Assembly: GCA_964016885.1 (NCBI GenBank)
Contig: OZ024748.1
Location: forward strand, 4,526,001 to 4,590,000
From: Eledone cirrhosa
Lineage: Eukaryota
Length of the DNA: 64,000 bases
Direction: 5' to 3'
Shown here one piece after another: positions 58,762 to 64,000 of this stretch (positions within the stretch are counted from its first letter, which is position 1; each line of letters begins with the position of its first letter). The notes beneath the pieces are model-generated. The model had not been told where the DNA came from, searched no databases, and saw only the letters and a program-made list of their open reading frames with translations. The translations under genes were made by a program, and so were the position numbers.

Positions 58762-59392
58762 GTGTGTGTGAATGTATATATATATTTTTTATTATTATTT
58801 CTACACATGTATAATTCTACCTTATTTGTTAATATCTAAAAGACACCTTTGCCGTCCACCCAATATTCTATAACAAGTTAACAGATGTCAGACGTAGTCT
58901 AGCTCATTATTGATCGTTATCATTCTTGCCGTAAGGTGTCGCTACTAAACCTACACCAATATATGTTAACCACCGAGCAATCAAAAACCTCAAAAGAAGA
59001 TTTTTAAAAAATCTAGAATAGAATTTTATCTATATAACGTATCTCTATTCTAACAAAAGGCGGCACAACCTCGGGAATGGCAGAGCGCGGCTGTTGAACA
59101 TACAGATGCTACAATAGAAATTTGTATTGTGTTATCTCTAACCTCGTGACTGCCGAGAATATAAAGCAAGATCTTATGATGTATATACAATAGATAAGCA
59201 ACTGTTAGTTTAGTAGGTGTTATATTATCACACACCCACTATTTAGATACATACATATATATATATATACATACGTGTATATATATATAATATGTATGTA
59301 TATATATATATATACAGAGAAAGAAAAAGAGAGACTGGTTTGTTTTTTCGACCTAGATCTGTATATAATTGTGCACATACACACACACATAA

Positions 59393-59513
<121 letters not shown>

Positions 59514-59695
59514 GCTCAAAATGGCCGGTAGGTGAATCAAACGTGACCCAAATATGTCCACGGTTGATGAAGCTTAAAGTTTAAACATGTTTGGCCCCGA
59601 ACAATCGAACTAAATTATTTATATTCTATTCGGCGTTGAGAATTCTTTTCACTGTTCATTATCACTTAACGTATCCATGTGTGTATGTATGTATA

Positions 59696-59754
<59 letters not shown>

Positions 59755-59918
59755 GCCGGCTTAAATGCAGAAAATGACTGTATTAACAGTCGATCAATAT
59801 AGATGAAATATACATGTGCAAGTGTGCAACTTTCTGTCATGCGCAAAATATATAAAGGGACATAATTCAACAGTTTGTTGAAACAGAGAGAGAACCAGTA
59901 AAAGTACACACACACATA

Positions 59919-60020
<102 letters not shown>

Positions 60021-60021
60021 C

Positions 60022-60082
<61 letters not shown>

Positions 60083-60083
<1 letters not shown>

Positions 60084-60410
60084 ATGATGGCTTTAACTCG
60101 GATTCGAGTAATGCCATCGCTTGATACTTAAGCATGAGCACCATGGGCATGGCTTTGTAGTCCTGCTAGGGACTTGCCTATGGGCCAGCAATAAGATAAC
60201 ACCTATCAAGCGATGCCTGTGCTTGAAGCTTTTTTTAAGTGAGGAAAGTCTTTGCACGGACCAATTCCTCTCTCTCTGAACATCGAATGTATTCATCCAA
60301 AAGGTAGAACTGGGTTACATCATTGGATGCAAAGGAAGTCGCAAGTTTTATATCGGAGTGACCTTCACCTAGAGAAATGTCTTATTGAAGACTAGGAGCC
60401 TCTCACTCCA
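60083..60410 (-). mobile_element. Older RTE-derived retroposon copy
   Basis: atgatggc..ctcg..tcgagta..gcc 3' end and ttttatatcggag..ccttc-cctaga match the reverse complement of 21850-22118. Confidence 0.55.
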
Positions 60411-61576
60411 CAAGAAAAAAGGTTATTGGATGACTGTTGACTCTCCTGAGTTCCTCTACTCTACATACATACAGGGCATAGATTATCTTTACAACTTCCA
60501 CAGTATTTATCAAGATCTATCAATACATGTCTTTCCATGTTAAAGAAATATCAAGTGTTCTGAAATTGTTCATAAAACTTGATTAGTAGTGCCATCTTTT
60601 CCATTAACCTTGTAGATGTGTTATCTTAATTTTTTTTTTTTTTTTTTTTTATTTTTCCAGTTGTATGTATATCTATACGCATATATTTTATATATGAGAA
60701 AGGCAGGCACGTAAGATTGGTTGTGAAACGTTAGTTCTTCACAGGAACATCATATTTCACTATGTACAACGTTAGACGTAACCAACCATAACATCAAACA
60801 TTATTGAAACAGCAGTACTGACAAGTACATAACATAACATACACACTTCACACACACACGCGCGCATAAACATACTCACTTACACTCATACACACACGCT
60901 CACATACATACATACACACACACATACACACACATACACACACACACACACATACTACGCGCACACAAATGCCCGCATATACATACTCACAAACACAGAC
61001 ACGAGCGCACAACAGCGCAATATTTTTCTTTGATCAAAAATTATATGAAAGCAATATATTAGTTTAACGCTTGAAATAGCAGGGTGAGTATATATATATA
61101 TATATAGCAAAAGAGTGATGCTTTGGTTCGAAGACCGCAGAGGGGTAATCGTGTTAAAGACTCAGGGGTGTTGGTGAGAACTACTTTTGAGGTTGCCATA
61201 AATATAAGTTTGTGTATATGTGTGAGGTAATTGATTTTAAAAATATATCAGGTTAAAATTAGTAGTGGGTGGCAATAATGGTGGTTGGTGGTGGCGCTGG
61301 TGTGTCCATGCGAAAATATACGTGTTTGCGAATGCATATGTGTGTGTGTAAGAGAGTATGCGAATATTTCCATATTGTGTCAGCATGCATGTGTGTGTGT
61401 GTGTATATGACATATATACATATGTGTGCGTTTACGTTGCAGGCGTGTTTGCGAAGGCAGTTGTGGTCTGGCGTTGGTGTGAGTGTTTTAGGGGATACCA
61501 CAATAAATGTGGCTGTGTGCCTATATATGTATATCCATATATAGACATATACATATACACATAAACATATATATAT

Positions 61577-61784
61577 ATAGTAATAATAATAAATTTGAAG
61601 ACTAAAATCCAAAGAGGGCTCGATAGGATAAATATATATTAAATATATAAGAACCGTAGAGCAAATATTTATTAAAATAACAGATTAAAGTTTAAGCAAA
61701 GAATCGCTGCTTTCACCCTTAACGGGATAAGGGTGAAAGCAGCGATTCTTTGCTTAAACTTTAATCTGTTATTTTAATAAATAT
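61577..61784 (-). mobile_element. PLE-like element with a perfect 57-bp-arm fold-back (61665-61784)
   Basis: Palindrome with a 6-nt spacer (acggga), flanked by (TA)n. Confidence 0.75.
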
Positions 61785-61806
61785 ATATATATATATATAT
61801 ATATAA

Positions 61807-61889
<83 letters not shown>

Positions 61890-61961
61890 AAGACAAAAAA
61901 GGGATGAAATCGAAAATGCAACTGGAGTCTTATTTTTTTTAATATATATATTTATTTGGTT

Positions 61962-61996
61962 CCTTTACCGGTTTCGCAGTTCTGCTTTTCAAAGGT
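61962..61996 (-). ncRNA. Minimal HHR, U3-A8 variant (family of 44189)
   Basis: CCU-UUGAAAA-GCAG-aa-CUGC-GAAA-CCGG-UA-AAGG. Confidence 0.55.
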
Positions 61997-62090
61997 AGAG
62001 TTGAGATGGAGGGTCTGTGGTTTTGTATCATATACTTATATATATATATATACATATATGTATATATGTATATATATAATGTATATATAT

Positions 62091-62123
<33 letters not shown>

Positions 62124-62599
62124 TTATACATATTGATATACAAACACACATATATACATACGCACATACATACAAATATTCAGAGAATGACGCACAAACA
62201 AACACATGTTTATATGTGCATATGGGTGTATTTTTATGCATATGCTTTTCTGTGTCTGTCTGAGTCTGTGTGTGTAGGGGGGGGGGGGGTCTGTGTGTGT
62301 GCGTGTGTGTGTGATTTTATACAGATGCAGCGTCAGTATATGTATACCAATGTATGTGTATAAGATAGGGAGAGGTAGGAATGGAGGTTTAGAAATCTCG
62401 GGGGCCGAGGGAACGAAAGTGCGTTATTAATTTTAATTACAGTGCCAAGTGTACAGACACCTTCATTTGTCTTAATTATCTCCCTTTATTGTTTTGACTG
62501 CTAGCTTGTAAGGTGTGTTTATAGAACGGCTCTCATGCTAGCTAGCCGACCGATTTAGCCCAAGAGAGTTGCTGTCTTCCACACTTCTGCCGCACATGC

Positions 62600-62605
62600 A
62601 GTATG

Positions 62606-62639
<34 letters not shown>

Positions 62640-62669
62640 TGTATGTATGTATGTATGTATGTATGTATG

Positions 62670-62700
<31 letters not shown>

Positions 62701-62729
62701 GAATGTATGTATGTATGTATGTATGTATG

Positions 62730-62760
<31 letters not shown>

Positions 62761-63007
62761 GAATGTATGATTGTATGTAAGAATCTATGAATGTATGTAT
62801 GTAAGAATCTATGTATGTATGTATGCATGTATGTATGTATATATGTAAGAATGTATGTATGTATGTATGTATGTAAGAATGTATGTATGTATGCATGTAC
62901 GTACGTATGCATGTATGTATGTATGTATGTATGTATGTATGTATGTATGTATGTATGTATGTATGTATGTATGTACGAATCTATGTATGTATGTATGTAC
63001 GAAAGTA

Positions 63008-63010
<3 letters not shown>
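62600..63010. repeat. (TATG)n microsatellite
   Basis: Direct reading. Confidence 0.95.
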
Positions 63011-63042
<32 letters not shown>

Positions 63043-63094
63043 CAGAAAGAGATAGAGAGATACAGATATATATATATATATACATACATATATC

Positions 63095-63125
<31 letters not shown>

Positions 63126-63515
63126 ATGTATGTATGCATATGGATATATATATATATTCATATACATACATATAATTATATGTGTGTGTGTATGGATATA
63201 TGTATGTATGCTTGTATTTATTTATGTATGCATGTATGATTGTACGTATGTATGGTTGTAGTTATGTATGATTGCATGTATGTGTGTGGCTGGTTGGTTT
63301 GTTTCTGTCTCTGTGTGTCTCTGCGTTGTATCAAAAGATGTGTTGGACTATATACGTCTATGTATAAGTGTATGTAAGTGGCTCTGTATATGTATGTGTG
63401 CCTTTACGACTGTATGTGTGAGTAGGATGTTGTTCTGTGTTGTGTCGACAGTGCTGTTTTATATGTGCCTATGTTTACATGGCTAACTTTGTGGCTGTAT
63501 GTGTGTGTATCTGTA

Positions 63516-63552
<37 letters not shown>

Positions 63553-63557
63553 CTGTA

Positions 63558-63614
<57 letters not shown>

Positions 63615-63692
63615 CTGTATGTATGTGTGTGTGTGTGTTCTCTTGTATATGGCTAGTGATATCGATATATGGTGTTCGTGGGGTGCGTTTAT

Positions 63693-63727
<35 letters not shown>

Positions 63728-63770
63728 CACTTGACACACATACACACACATGCACACATACAAGCACACA

Positions 63771-63836
<66 letters not shown>

Positions 63837-64000
63837 ACACACGCACACATATACATACATATATATGATACGCTGGAAGTGGAGTTAAACATGATTATAT
63901 GAGTATAAAACAATACTAAAACTGTAGTACAGTTGGCCTCCTTTGACCGACTCTACTTCTCATTGGGTTGAAACAAATCATAGCTGAAATATTTAAACGA

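Overview
AT-rich, microsatellite-saturated eukaryotic non-coding DNA with one 200-N scaffold gap (22799-22998). The repeat content (octopus OK/OR-type tRNA SINEs, RTE-derived retroposons, huge (TA)n/(CA)n/(TATG)n arrays) points to an octopod cephalopod genome (inference). No intact host protein-coding gene is recognisable, and almost all ORF-track entries are microsatellite translations. Real coding remnants are 5'-truncated non-LTR retrotransposons: R4/Dong-type restriction-like endonuclease ends and Tx1/L1-type ends in (TAA)n, plus RTE 3' ends. There are also two hAT MITEs with 8-bp TSDs. The main unexplained structure is a set of short elements, mostly in or next to (TA)n arrays, that carry type I hammerhead-ribozyme (HHR) motifs, fold-back inverted repeats, or both. 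About a dozen HHR motifs from at least 7 apparently unrelated families are visible by eye, including U3-A8 covariant cores and one full-length-looking HHR at 18301-18391. This fits Penelope-like element (PLE) pseudo-LTR or retrozyme-like remnants. A few weak exon and promoter candidates are noted. All pairings and alignments were done by eye.
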